Part shown: piece after piece, positions 1 through 8,916 of the stretch | Numbering within the stretch: the first letter of the stretch is position 1 | How the letters are laid out: the number at the start of each line of letters is the position of its first letter | Source of the DNA: a virus | Lineage: Duplodnaviria > Caudoviricetes | Direction: 5' to 3' (one strand) | Virus record (IMG/VR): IMGVR_UViG_3300016474_000543 | Coordinates: 1-39,928 of that record | Length of the DNA: 39,928 nucleotides | The notes under the pieces: generated by a model | What the model saw: the letters and a program-made list of their open reading frames with translations, nothing else | What the model was told of the DNA's origin: nothing | Database searches by the model: none | Translations under genes and position numbers: made by a program

Positions 1-4
1 TATT

Positions 5-289
5 ATGGCTGGTCATTTACCATTGGTTACAACTGATTTTCATGTTAAATTGGTTGAAGAATTTAAGAACAATCGAACATTACAAACCGCACCATTATTT
101 GATAAAGTTAGGGTTGAGGGGTTTGAGGGTTATTTTCAAAGATTACCCGAAGCATATGATATGTTTGAGGAAACGGGGTTGGAGGATTCTCATATATTCT
201 TTTATTGTGGAAATGAAATGAATGATGAATACTTTGAAATTCATTTGGATGAAACATTAAAAATTAATCAAGTTTATTTGGTAATGTAA
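5..289 (+). CDS. hypothetical phage protein (may be 5'-truncated by the window edge)
   Basis: 94-aa ORF ending just before the next promoter cassette. Confidence 0.7.
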   Translation: MAGHLPLVTTDFHVKLVEEFKNNRTLQTAPLFDKVRVEGFEGYFQRLPEAYDMFEETGLEDSHIFFYCGNEMNDEYFEIHLDETLKINQVYLVM

Positions 290-336
290 AATATTATTTT
301 TATATTTGTATTGTCTAACAATTAAAACATAAAAAA

Positions 337-567
337 ATGGAAACAAGAAAAGTTACTGTAACTGCAACACGTTACTATTCAAAGCAAACAACTGTTGAGA
401 TTGATGTTCCTGTGAATATCAAAGATGATGAGTTAATCGATTTCTTAACTGTTAATGAAGAATTGGATAACAAAATTGAAGAGGGGTTGTTTCAAGATTC
501 ATTGTCAGCAGATGATGATACATTCGAATTCCAAGACCCAACAAATAATTTCGGAGGACATTTATAA
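337..567 (+). CDS. small acidic hypothetical protein
   Basis: 76-aa ORF with own promoter and leader. Confidence 0.85.
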   Translation: METRKVTVTATRYYSKQTTVEIDVPVNIKDDELIDFLTVNEELDNKIEEGLFQDSLSADDDTFEFQDPTNNFGGHL

Positions 568-584
568 TATAAAACAATATTATT

Positions 585-851
585 ATGGCAAAAGCATTTA
601 GACCGACAGTAATGGTGAGTGTACCAAGAAGTTATTATGGTGATTTCGCACATGATGTAAAGAATGGTTATATTCAAAAATCTTTTCCTACTTATTCAGA
701 AGTAAAGAAACGCATGAAATATTTGTTGGAGGTTTCTGATAACAATGAGGTATCTGTTTACAGACACAGAAGAGGTGAATGGGGAGAATGGTTTGAGAAG
801 TGGGCAATGATTAATGGGAAGCCACAAATTTTTGAAAAAGGTTGGCAATAA
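585..851 (+). CDS. hypothetical phage protein
   Basis: 88-aa ORF, A-rich leader, GEWGEWFEKW motif. Confidence 0.85.
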   Translation: MAKAFRPTVMVSVPRSYYGDFAHDVKNGYIQKSFPTYSEVKKRMKYLLEVSDNNEVSVYRHRRGEWGEWFEKWAMINGKPQIFEKGWQ

Positions 852-913
852 ATTTGGAAATTTAAAATATAATACTTATCTTTGTATTGTCTAATTAATT
901 AAAACATAAAAAA

Positions 914-1381
914 ATGGGAACACGTAGCTTAACAAGAGTATTTTCAACTTACAATGATGAGAAGAAAAACAAGCAAGTAAAGATTCAACTTGTAAACATG
1001 TATCGTCAATATGACGGTTATCCAGAGGGGCATGGTACAGAGTTAGCAGACTTTCTAAATAGTGGAAAGGTTGTCAATGGTATTGGTGCTAATGAAACAG
1101 AGAGAGTATTCAATGGTGCTGGGTGTTTAGCCGCACAAATGATTGCACATTTCAAAGAGGGTGCTGGTGGTATTTACATTGAACCAATTACTGCAAAGGA
1201 TTGCGGACAGGAATATGAGTATGAAATCATTGTTGATTATGATACGCATGAGGTTACTTTGAAATGTATCGAGGTTGGTTACATTGATAGCAAAGGTAAA
1301 TATAAAAGTGGAAAACGCACACTTTTTGAGGGAAAACCGAGCGAATTTGAGCAATTTGTGGAAAAAATGGCTGAAAATTAG
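914..1381 (+). CDS. conserved phage hypothetical protein (MGTRS...YRQYDGYP type)
   Basis: 155-aa ORF with own promoter; motif recurrent in phage early genes. Confidence 0.9.
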   Translation: MGTRSLTRVFSTYNDEKKNKQVKIQLVNMYRQYDGYPEGHGTELADFLNSGKVVNGIGANETERVFNGAGCLAAQMIAHFKEGAGGIYIEPITAKDCGQEYEYEIIVDYDTHEVTLKCIEVGYIDSKGKYKSGKRTLFEGKPSEFEQFVEKMAEN

Positions 1382-1451
1382 TAAAAAAACACTAAAAAAT
1401 TTGGAGAATAGAAATATTCTCCTTATTTTTGTTATATCAATTTAAGACAGC

Positions 1452-1796
1452 ATGAGCGAATTAACTAAGAGACATAAGACACATTCATTAACGTGGTACT
1501 ATCGAGGTATTGAATTGGTAGTACTATGTGTTACCACAAGTAAAAAAAGATTTGCTGAAATATTGGATGTATCACAATCACAAATAAATAATTATGGTTA
1601 TGCGTATGATTTGCGTTATCCTATTTGTAATGAGAATCCAGAAAAACTATTTGCAAAGGTTGGATTAGGTGGTGAGGGGAGATATATCCTTGAAAGGGAT
1701 GATATTAAAACTCTTGAGGATATTAAACAAATAATTGATGAACATAGGAAATTATATTCGTCTTATCGAGATTATTTGGAAAAAACTAACCAATAA
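1452..1796 (+). CDS. hypothetical protein
   Basis: 114-aa ORF with own promoter. Confidence 0.85.
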   Translation: MSELTKRHKTHSLTWYYRGIELVVLCVTTSKKRFAEILDVSQSQINNYGYAYDLRYPICNENPEKLFAKVGLGGEGRYILERDDIKTLEDIKQIIDEHRKLYSSYRDYLEKTNQ

Positions 1797-1853
1797 TTTG
1801 CTTATATAAAATATTATTCTTATCTTTGTATTGTCACTTTAAAATTATAAGTT

Positions 1854-2198
1854 ATGTCTAGATTAAAAGCAGATGAGTTAGCAAGAGAGATTAGCAATTT
1901 TGTTAACGGAGCAAGTTTCGATGAGGTTAGTAAATTGGCTGAATTGATGTCGCAAGACCATCCAACATTGCAACAGTCAACAATGAGATTGGTTTGTTTG
2001 TTCATTGAGCAAATGGCAAATAAGTCATATACAGACCTTAGAAATGAACAGAGCAAGAAAACTGCACTTGCTATGATTGATGGTCATAAGAAATCAGCAA
2101 AGAATGAAATCATCCAACAGGATGGTGGAATATCTGATAGTTTATCAAAGTTCATTGATGAACATGGGGTACCATCACAAACTTTGCCTTACGTTTAA
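1854..2198 (+). CDS. hypothetical protein (HPTLQQ motif)
   Basis: 114-aa ORF with own promoter. Confidence 0.85.
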   Translation: MSRLKADELAREISNFVNGASFDEVSKLAELMSQDHPTLQQSTMRLVCLFIEQMANKSYTDLRNEQSKKTALAMIDGHKKSAKNEIIQQDGGISDSLSKFIDEHGVPSQTLPYV

Positions 2199-2273
2199 AA
2201 AAACTTTAAAAAAGATTTGGAGAATAGAAATATTCTCCTTATCTTTGTTTTGTCTAATTAAATAATAAATACC

Positions 2274-3113
2274 ATGAATCTAACAGCAGAAGAAAAAGCA
2301 TTGATTGAGCAAAAGAGAGCAGAAGAAAAAGCAAAACTTGCTTCATTCGACCATCACAAGGAAACTGTGATTAATCGTGAAACAAAACGCATCCATCAAT
2401 ATGAGAGCGATGAGGACAATAGAAAGCGAGTATATCAAGATATCTATGCTAAATTATCCGAGGTATCACCCGATTATAAATTGGAGTGTGAGAAAGTTAA
2501 TCAAGTCAGCAAAGTTGAGATATACGATGTTGATGAGAATGGTAGTGAGGTTAAAACTAAAAAGAATAAGAAAGGTGAAACCATATGGTTGAAACCAAAG
2601 GAAGTTCTTAAGTTCAAGTTTTACAGATATAACCTTAAGTTATCCTATACAGGAAAAGTACCCGAAGGTCATAACTATTATGTTGTTCCTGTTTCTCAAT
2701 ATTCAAAATGGAGTTACAGAATAACAGGGTACAAAATGCAAGTGCAAGGTACAGGTATTTCTTCATGGGATAAGCGAGGTCAGATGACCAATCCAAATAG
2801 CGTTCACAAGAGAATTTTTGAAACTGTTGATAACGCATTCAAACAGATTGAATATAAAACGGCACAAGAGCAGAGCAACAATAGAATTCTTAATAGATTC
2901 AAAGTTGAGTTTAGTGAATATCTAAATAATTATACGGTTGAATATACCACATTCGTAGTTAAACTTGACAATGGAATTAGTGTGACATTCTATGGTCACG
3001 AAGATTCGAATGGTAACATTACATTCAATAATACAAAGGTTAATGTACCTTATGGTAAGGTTGAAGTTAGAGATTTGTTAGGTGGGTTGAATGGTATAAA
3101 GGGTAAGGAGTAA
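2274..3113 (+). CDS. hypothetical protein
   Basis: 279-aa ORF with own promoter, followed by hairpin. Confidence 0.9.
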   Translation: MNLTAEEKALIEQKRAEEKAKLASFDHHKETVINRETKRIHQYESDEDNRKRVYQDIYAKLSEVSPDYKLECEKVNQVSKVEIYDVDENGSEVKTKKNKKGETIWLKPKEVLKFKFYRYNLKLSYTGKVPEGHNYYVVPVSQYSKWSYRITGYKMQVQGTGISSWDKRGQMTNPNSVHKRIFETVDNAFKQIEYKTAQEQSNNRILNRFKVEFSEYLNNYTVEYTTFVVKLDNGISVTFYGHEDSNGNITFNNTKVNVPYGKVEVRDLLGGLNGIKGKE

Positions 3114-3125
3114 TCCTTACCTTTT
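3101..3125. terminator. intrinsic terminator, probably bidirectional
   Basis: ggtaagga-gtaa-tccttacc followed by tttt, between convergent ORFs. Confidence 0.7.
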
Positions 3126-3248
3126 ACAATCACATTCATCGTCCTTTATATTATTTAATATATTTTGTCTCCTTATCTCTTTTGATTTGGATTCATATAC
3201 TTTCTTTATTTTATCAAAGGTCTTTGTATATTTTTTTTTATCATTCAT
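3117..3248 (-). CDS. 43-aa basic protein not in ORF track (MNDKKKYTKTF...ECDCKR)
   Basis: open frame read by hand; ATATTTAT motif just upstream on the minus strand (3253-3260). Confidence 0.55.
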   Translation of the reverse strand: MNDKKKYTKTFDKIKKVYESKSKEIRRQNILNNIKDDECDCKR

Positions 3249-3319
3249 ATCAATAAATATTTGGATAATTAAAAATTAATTCTTATCTTTGTTTTGTCTA
3301 ATTATTAAAACATAAAGTC

Positions 3320-3517
3320 ATGGATTACAATCAGTATTTATTTTCTTGTCTATTGAAATTATTTGATAAGGAATTTGAACAAATGGAGTATGACATTCAA
3401 TTTGATGTTGCTATTGCTGAGTATGAGATATTTGAGAATAGCAAGTACAACGATGTTAATCGCCCCGAATATGAATGTATTGTTGAATACTTAACTGACA
3501 AGTATGGAAAAAGATAA
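3320..3517 (+). CDS. small acidic hypothetical protein
   Basis: 65-aa ORF with own promoter. Confidence 0.8.
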   Translation: MDYNQYLFSCLLKLFDKEFEQMEYDIQFDVAIAEYEIFENSKYNDVNRPEYECIVEYLTDKYGKR

Positions 3518-3701
3518 AGCATTATTTGTAGCATTCTATTTTTGGAGTGGGTACAACAAGCAAACCTTGTGGCAAGACTTTGATATGATTTATGAACTGG
3601 CTGATAAGTTTGTTCAATCATATAGTCCATATTACACATGGGAAGATGTGTCCTTTGAGGAATACATGGATTCATTCATTAGAGAACATATACCACAGTA
3701 G
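3504..3701 (+). CDS. small acidic hypothetical protein
   Basis: 65-aa ORF overlapping the previous stop. Confidence 0.75.
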   Translation: MEKDKALFVAFYFWSGYNKQTLWQDFDMIYELADKFVQSYSPYYTWEDVSFEEYMDSFIREHIPQ

Positions 3702-3702
3702 C

Positions 3703-3730
3703 CCATATGTACACAAATGTGTATATGGGC
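3703..3730. repeat. palindromic repeat copy 1 (TACACAAATGTGTATATG)
   Basis: also at ~13326-13350 and ~19431-19458. Confidence 0.75.
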
Positions 3731-3770
3731 GTGGGAGAACCGAGTACAAACAATACAAAACAATATTATT

Positions 3771-3989
3771 ATGAGCAGAGTTGCTAAATTGGTTACCATT
3801 ACATTAACGACACGAGTGGTTGTTGATGAGAATGCCACAGAGAATGATATCATGGCATTGGCATTACCTAGATTAACAGATAAGTTAATCAATGAACCAT
3901 TCGAACATCTAGAAGAGATTATAGATGATATCGAAGTACCATACGATTCCGAATGGGATGAGTATGACCCTGTAGCATGTGGTGAATAA
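3771..3989 (+). CDS. small acidic hypothetical protein
   Basis: start moved to ATG 3771 after an A-rich leader. Confidence 0.8.
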   Translation: MSRVAKLVTITLTTRVVVDENATENDIMALALPRLTDKLINEPFEHLEEIIDDIEVPYDSEWDEYDPVACGE

Positions 3990-4082
3990 TATAACCGCAA
4001 TATTAATAAAAAAATAATTAAAAAACAAACCACATATTATTTGGATATGTGGTTTTTTCTTTTTATCTTTGTTATAAGTTAA

Positions 4083-4130
4083 GGGGCTGGCACTAGTAAT
4101 GGTGACAGGAGAGTAGACTCCATGGTGCGT
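4083..4130 (+). ncRNA. GTAGACTCC element copy 1
   Basis: promoter ~4040-4071, then ggggctggcactagtaatggtgacaggagagtagactcc; no ORF. Confidence 0.65.
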
Positions 4131-4320
4131 ATATAAATGGGTGTGAAAATAATCAAAAAAAAATTAATAAAAAACTTGCATATTAATTATTTTATTTGTA
4201 TATACGTGCGCACATTATTATTAAGGTATCAAAAAAAAATTAAAAAAATATTGTTTTTTATTTGCATATATAAAATACTATTTGTACTTTTGTATTGTTA
4301 ATCAATTAAAACAAAACGTT

Positions 4321-5211
4321 ATGAACAACGAAATGAACAACAAAGTGAATGAAATCTTGGTAGCACACAATCTTGATTTCCGTATTGAAAAGGAGCAATT
4401 GCTTTCAGCAAGCGGTCGTCCTACACCTTTCTATGGTCTGTTTAATGATAAGACAGGCGAGTGTATTAATTCCGTTAAGGAGGGTTACACAGTCTCTCAG
4501 AATGATGAGGTTGTTGGTCTTGTATTGGAGGGTATGCAAGGGTTTGGTGAATTGTCTGTATCAAAAGCGGGTGCATTGAATGGTGGTCGCAAGGTATTCA
4601 TTCAGTTGGGTATCGAGGGAATGTCAATTGTTGGCGAGGAGCGTATCAAAAGATATGTTACTGTTATCGATAGCAACGATGGTTCTACAGGGTTGTCTGT
4701 TGGTATCGGAGAATTGGTAATGTCTTGTCAGAATCAGTTCTTCAAGTTCTACAAAAGCGGACAGTCAAAACTTCGCCATACAGCGAGTTTAACGCAACGT
4801 ATTAAGGAAATACCTTACCTTATCGAAATGGCGTTGTCAGAGAGCCTTAAATTGACTGAAACGTACAAGCAGTTTCAATCAACACCTGTTACTCGCAAGT
4901 TAGCAGATGAAATGGTTAAATACATTTTAGGGTTTGACCGCAATATGTCTATCAAGACAGATTCTGAATTGTCCACACGTTCACGTAACGCAATGGATAG
5001 TCTTTACAACCACATTGAGAAAGAAACCAATCAGAAAGGTATGAACCTATTCGGGTTGTTCAGTGGGGTTACTTCATGGACTACACATGAAAAGTCAGCA
5101 CCACGCAGAGAGAATGGTCGTGAGGAAAGTATCATGACAGGTACTAACTACAGAACCAACGAACAAGGGTTGGAGTTTGCCCTTAACAAAATGGGGTTGG
5201 TAATGGCATAA
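4321..5211 (+). CDS. DUF932 family phage/plasmid-like protein
   Basis: YTVSQN, GALNGGRKVF, SNDGS, CQNQF, LRHT and FSGVTSWTTH motifs; true start ATG 4321. Confidence 0.85.
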   Translation: MNNEMNNKVNEILVAHNLDFRIEKEQLLSASGRPTPFYGLFNDKTGECINSVKEGYTVSQNDEVVGLVLEGMQGFGELSVSKAGALNGGRKVFIQLGIEGMSIVGEERIKRYVTVIDSNDGSTGLSVGIGELVMSCQNQFFKFYKSGQSKLRHTASLTQRIKEIPYLIEMALSESLKLTETYKQFQSTPVTRKLADEMVKYILGFDRNMSIKTDSELSTRSRNAMDSLYNHIEKETNQKGMNLFGLFSGVTSWTTHEKSAPRRENGREESIMTGTNYRTNEQGLEFALNKMGLVMA

Positions 5212-5220
5212 GGAATGGAA

Positions 5221-5247
5221 TGGGGGTAGAAAAACCCCCACCATTTT
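5221..5247 (+). terminator. intrinsic terminator
   Basis: tggggg-tagaaaaa-ccccca followed by a T-rich tail. Confidence 0.65.
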
Positions 5248-5336
5248 GTTAATAACTTTTTGATTAAAAATTTGCAAGGGTAAAATATTTTTATTATCTT
5301 TGCAAATTTTTTTTATATGGGTAAAAAAAAATAAAA

Positions 5337-5395
5337 GGTAGGTTGGAGTCTACTCTACTACCACCTTGTGAGTGTCAGCCCGTCCAATCATCGAC
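5337..5395 (-). ncRNA. GTAGACTCC element copy 2
   Basis: minus-strand promoter ~5400-5431; gggctgacactcacaaggtggtagtagagtagactccaacctacc then T-run. Confidence 0.65.
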
Positions 5396-5532
5396 ATAAC
5401 AAAGGTAAGGATAAGAAATGACATATCCAAATTTTTTTCATATTATTTTATATTATTTTTTTTCATTTATTATTTGGAAATATGAAATAGAATTATTATC
5501 TTTGTAGTATCTAATTTAAAAAACATAAAATT

Positions 5533-5892
5533 ATGGGACGTTATTATTCGGGAGACATTGAGGGAAAGTTTTGGTTTGCGTTGCAGAGCAGTGATGCAGC
5601 AGACAGATTTGGTGTAACTGGTGAAGCACCAAACATTCTATCTTATTACTTTGATGAAAGTGATTTGGAGGGTGTTGAAGAAGAAATCAAAAACATTGAG
5701 GATTCTTTGGGTGGTCAAATAAAGGTCATTGATGAGTTCTTTAAAAAGAACAATGGCTACAATAGTAATATGTTGGCAGAAGCTGGAATTACCGAAGAAG
5801 AATTGCGTGAGTATGCTGATTTGGGGTTGGGCAAAAAGATACGTGATTGCATCATAGCCCAAGGGTATTGTTCTTTTGAAGCTGAATGCTAA
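5533..5892 (+). CDS. conserved phage hypothetical protein (MGRYYSGDIEGKFWF)
   Basis: 119-aa ORF with own promoter. Confidence 0.9.
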   Translation: MGRYYSGDIEGKFWFALQSSDAADRFGVTGEAPNILSYYFDESDLEGVEEEIKNIEDSLGGQIKVIDEFFKKNNGYNSNMLAEAGITEEELREYADLGLGKKIRDCIIAQGYCSFEAEC

Positions 5893-5967
5893 AATAAATT
5901 AAAAAAGATTTGGAGAATAGAAATATTCTCCTTATCTTTGTATTGTCTAATTAAAATTATATAAGTC

Positions 5968-6351
5968 ATGGGTTGTTTTTCATTTATGTGCAAAGAAAGT
6001 GGTTTGCCAATTGCAAGTAGCAGTTTTGATGGTGATGCTTGTAGAATGTATCTTTTAAAGGATGGTGAGGTAATTGAAGAAATGAGAGGTCATTACGATT
6101 CTTATGGTAGAGTATTTAATAAGCAAGGTGAAAGCTTTGAATGGGATACACCATGGGGTGAAGTGTGTGATTTGATGTTTGATAAGGATGAAAGCAATGG
6201 TATTGCCGTTATTTTGGAAAAACATTTTAAAGGTAACATACCAACAACAAGAAGTGAGGGTGACCCCGACCAAGGGTGGGGCAAAGAAAATGGTGGTGGT
6301 GTAACCATTACAGAACCTATGCACTTTGGTTTAAGTAAAGTTGAAAAATAA
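5968..6351 (+). CDS. conserved phage hypothetical protein (MGCFS...YDSYG)
   Basis: 127-aa ORF with own promoter. Confidence 0.9.
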   Translation: MGCFSFMCKESGLPIASSSFDGDACRMYLLKDGEVIEEMRGHYDSYGRVFNKQGESFEWDTPWGEVCDLMFDKDESNGIAVILEKHFKGNIPTTRSEGDPDQGWGKENGGGVTITEPMHFGLSKVEK

Positions 6352-6419
6352 ATTAAAAAAGATTTGGAGAATAGAAATATTCTCCTTATCTTTGTATTGT
6401 CACTTTAAAACGGAATAAT

Positions 6420-6806
6420 ATGTATACACTTGTAAACAACATTGAGGGTAAAATAATTGCTGAATTTAAAAATGATAGCGAACTTATTGATAAAGTAAGA
6501 AAAATTGCCACAGAGAATGAAGATGATGGAATTTGTTTCTTTGCTTTTTTGAATGAATCAAAGAGTTACATTGAAGATTATTGTGACAATTTAGATTTGT
6601 TGGTTGATAGTGAGGTAGAAGAATTTTTATCCAATCATGGGGTAGAAGTTGGGGAAAATGAGCCTACCCATTATGTAGAATTGATGATGGATAACCACAA
6701 ATGCGCTGAGTTCAAAGGTAAACAATACTACATTAGTGATAGTTTGACCTTAAGCGAAGATGAACAAAAAATTTATGACGTGTTGGCTTATACTTTACAT
6801 ATATAA
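6420..6806 (+). CDS. acidic hypothetical protein
   Basis: 128-aa ORF; leader identical to that of 6881. Confidence 0.85.
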   Translation: MYTLVNNIEGKIIAEFKNDSELIDKVRKIATENEDDGICFFAFLNESKSYIEDYCDNLDLLVDSEVEEFLSNHGVEVGENEPTHYVELMMDNHKCAEFKGKQYYISDSLTLSEDEQKIYDVLAYTLHI

Positions 6807-6880
6807 AAAAATATCGTTTTATATTTGGTAGTTTAAAAATTTATTCTTATCTTTGTATTGTCACTTTAAAACGGAATAAT

Positions 6881-7231
6881 ATGTTACACGATTTATCAAC
6901 ACAGAAAGGTCGCAATGCTTATGTAAAAGCAATGGCTAAACAAGGTAAACAAGAAAAGCTTGAAAAATATAAAATAACAATTGAAGTCCGAGATAGTGAG
7001 GGCAATGTTATTACAGACGATGAGGGTGTAAAACACATGACCTTATCTTATGACGTTGAAATGTTACCAAGCAATGTTAAACCCAACTTTGCTTATTTGG
7101 GCAGAACATTAAAAGCATTTATGCCCGATAGAAAAATTAATATTGAAGCTTATGTTCGCAATTCAATTTCGGGAACGTATATGAATATGTTTTCATATTA
7201 TGTTGATGAAAATAGATTTGTAAAACATTAA
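6881..7231 (+). CDS. hypothetical protein
   Basis: 116-aa ORF with own promoter. Confidence 0.85.
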   Translation: MLHDLSTQKGRNAYVKAMAKQGKQEKLEKYKITIEVRDSEGNVITDDEGVKHMTLSYDVEMLPSNVKPNFAYLGRTLKAFMPDRKINIEAYVRNSISGTYMNMFSYYVDENRFVKH

Positions 7232-7273
7232 AATAAATTTGGTTATATAAAATAATATTCTTATCTTTGAATT

Positions 7274-7426
7274 ATGAATAAGGAAGCATTTAAGGAATGG
7301 ATTGATGATGGCAACGTTATTGAGTTTGCCGATGGTTATGCGACACAAGACGCACAATATTGCAATAGACTAAAAACGATTAGAGATTTATACAAATATT
7401 TTTTAAAAGAATTTGTTTATATCTAA
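7274..7426 (+). CDS. 50-aa protein not in ORF track (MNKEAFKEWID...), probably leaderless
   Basis: ATG 5 nt after TATCTTTG; open to TAA 7426. Confidence 0.75.
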   Translation: MNKEAFKEWIDDGNVIEFADGYATQDAQYCNRLKTIRDLYKYFLKEFVYI

Positions 7427-7456
7427 AATTATTACTATATTTGCAATAAGAATTTC

Positions 7457-7530
7457 GGTCCTTTAGCTCATTCGGTTAGAGCAACTGACTCATAATCAGT
7501 AGGTGGTTGGTTCGATTCCAACAAGGACCA
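7457..7530 (+). tRNA. tRNA with CAT anticodon (Ile2-like; elongator Met not excluded)
   Basis: GGTCCTT/AAGGACC acceptor, ACTGA-CTCATAA-TCAGT arm, GTTCGATTC T-loop; C4-G69 and C5-G68 as in Ile2. Confidence 0.93.
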
Positions 7531-7580
7531 CGATGAAATGGATTAGGTAAGGTTTTAAGGGAGTTCGAATAACCCTATTT

Positions 7581-7652
7581 GGCTCCATAGTTAAATGGAT
7601 ATAACAAATCTCTTCTAAAGATTAGTTCCTAGTTCGATTCTAGGTGGGGCTA
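7581..7652 (+). tRNA. tRNA-Arg(TCT)
   Basis: GGCTCCA/TGGGGCT acceptor, AATCT-CTTCTAA-AGATT arm, GTTCGATTC T-loop. Confidence 0.93.
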
Positions 7653-7790
7653 CACCCTAATCGGTTCGGGTTATTAAAGGCAACGAACGTTGACACCCAA
7701 ATGGGAGGCGGGAACCGACCGCAAAATATTTTAAAAAAAGATTTGCATAATTAAAATATTATTCTTATCTTTGTTAAAGTTCTTTGAGAA

Positions 7791-7877
7791 TATAACCAAA
7801 AGTACAAAGCTCGTACTGACTCTTAACTGAGAGGTACAAGTATATTAGAAGGCGAGTGAAGCTCTCGAATGGTTATT
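7791..7877 (+). ncRNA. promoter-driven cloverleaf-like RNA, not a canonical tRNA
   Basis: closing ataacca/tggttat; arms gtac/gtac, ctct/agag, cgag/ctcg; promoter ~7742-7773; T-run after. Confidence 0.45.
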
Positions 7878-8194
7878 TTTTTTAGTAGGCATATGGTGTA
7901 GTGGATTAAGTTTCCGAGCATAACTAAAAAAATAAAAAAAAGTTTAAAAAAGATTTGGTAGATTGAAATAAAATACTTATCTTTGTTAAAGTTATTTGAA
8001 ATATGAACCAAGACAAGTATCCCACAATGCTTGAGGAAGATTTTAGGTGGGTATCCAAGATTTTAAAGGTTGGTAGGTGTAAATAACAAACCTTAAAAAA
8101 AAATAAAAAAAAGTAAGAAAAAATTTGGTAGATTCAAAAATTATTCTTACCTTTGAAAAAGAAACAAAAAGAAAACGTTCTTTAAAATACTATA

Positions 8195-8515
8195 GTAGAA
8201 GTTTAAGACTTGGCAACTTCAATCTAACGTTGACGAGATACAGCCTCTCAGACGTAACGGTGCAAGATACAGCCTCTCTAAGTAACTAACGGTGCAAGAC
8301 ACAGCCTCTGCCTTGAACCACTTGCCACTTAACTCTTGGGTTACCGAGGGTTGGGTGGACTTCCCTCTCGGATTTTTGATGATTGGGTTGTGTGGTCGGT
8401 ATGCGTAACTCTAATGGACGAGCACTCTTATGATGCGCCACTCTAATGGACGACCTCTCAGCAAGCGAAACTCTAACGGGTACGAGCACTTGGTTCGCCT
8501 TTGAAGTCTTAAATG
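8195..8515 (+). ncRNA. ~320-nt structured RNA with 2x3 internal repeats
   Basis: promoter ~8123-8155; closing tttaagactt/aagtcttaaa; repeats at 8224, 8254, 8286 and 8408, 8440, 8470; GC-richer than flanks; no credible ORF. Confidence 0.65.
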
Positions 8516-8572
8516 GAAACGCTTTGTTCAGCGGAAAATAAAGTTTGGGGGACGCTCCGAATGGAACAATTG

Positions 8573-8619
8573 ATATCGGGGGAATGGTGGTTCGCTACCA
8601 CCCCCCTCGATATTTTTTT
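8573..8619 (+). terminator. long GC hairpin plus T-run, resembling a tRNA acceptor/T-arm minihelix
   Basis: atatcggggg-aat-ggtgg-ttcgcta-ccacc-cccctcgatat then ttttt. Confidence 0.6.
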
Positions 8620-8753
8620 AAAAGGTATTGTGTTGTTCCCTTGAGAAAGGAATGTGAGTTATAATTTATCAGCTATTGCAGAAAATACATTGGAATAATA
8701 GTGTAGAGATTATATACTGGCTTGTAAAAACACAGAGGCTCTCAACCTCAAAT

Positions 8754-8837
8754 GCTCTGGTGGTGGAAGTGGTAGACACGAGGGACTTAAAATCCCTTGG
8801 GCATTTGCTCGTGCGGGTTCAAGTCCCGCCTGGAGTA
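8754..8837 (+). tRNA. tRNA-Leu(TAA)
   Basis: GCTCTGG/CTGGAGT acceptor, AGGGA-CTTAAAA-TCCCT arm, long variable arm, GGTTCAAGTCC. Confidence 0.95.
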
Positions 8838-8888
8838 CAAAACGTCCATAATGGTAGTTTTAAATTGACAAAACAAAGAACAAATAAG

Positions 8889-8916
8889 TGGGAATAGAAA
8901 TATTCCCATTTTTTTT
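8889..8916 (+). terminator. terminator after the tRNA island
   Basis: tgggaata-gaaa-tattccca plus T-run; same sequence family as the promoter-spacer palindrome. Confidence 0.75.

Noticed and set aside
7533-7580. Fourth tRNA between the CAT tRNA and tRNA-Arg
   Set aside because: Contains GTTCGAAT but is too short and lacks the other stems; at most a remnant
8224-8490. CRISPR or mini-CRISPR array
   Set aside because: Intervening sequences are only about 5-12 nt, the repeats are degenerate and of two types, and no cas gene is present
8195-8612. tmRNA, RNase P RNA or group I intron
   Set aside because: No tRNA-Ala-like ends or tag frame, no GAGGAAAGTCC motif, and no recognisable intron core
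8286-8897. ORFs 8286-8489(-) and 8676-8897(+)
   Set aside because: No promoter or leader; they overlap the structured RNA and tRNA-Leu
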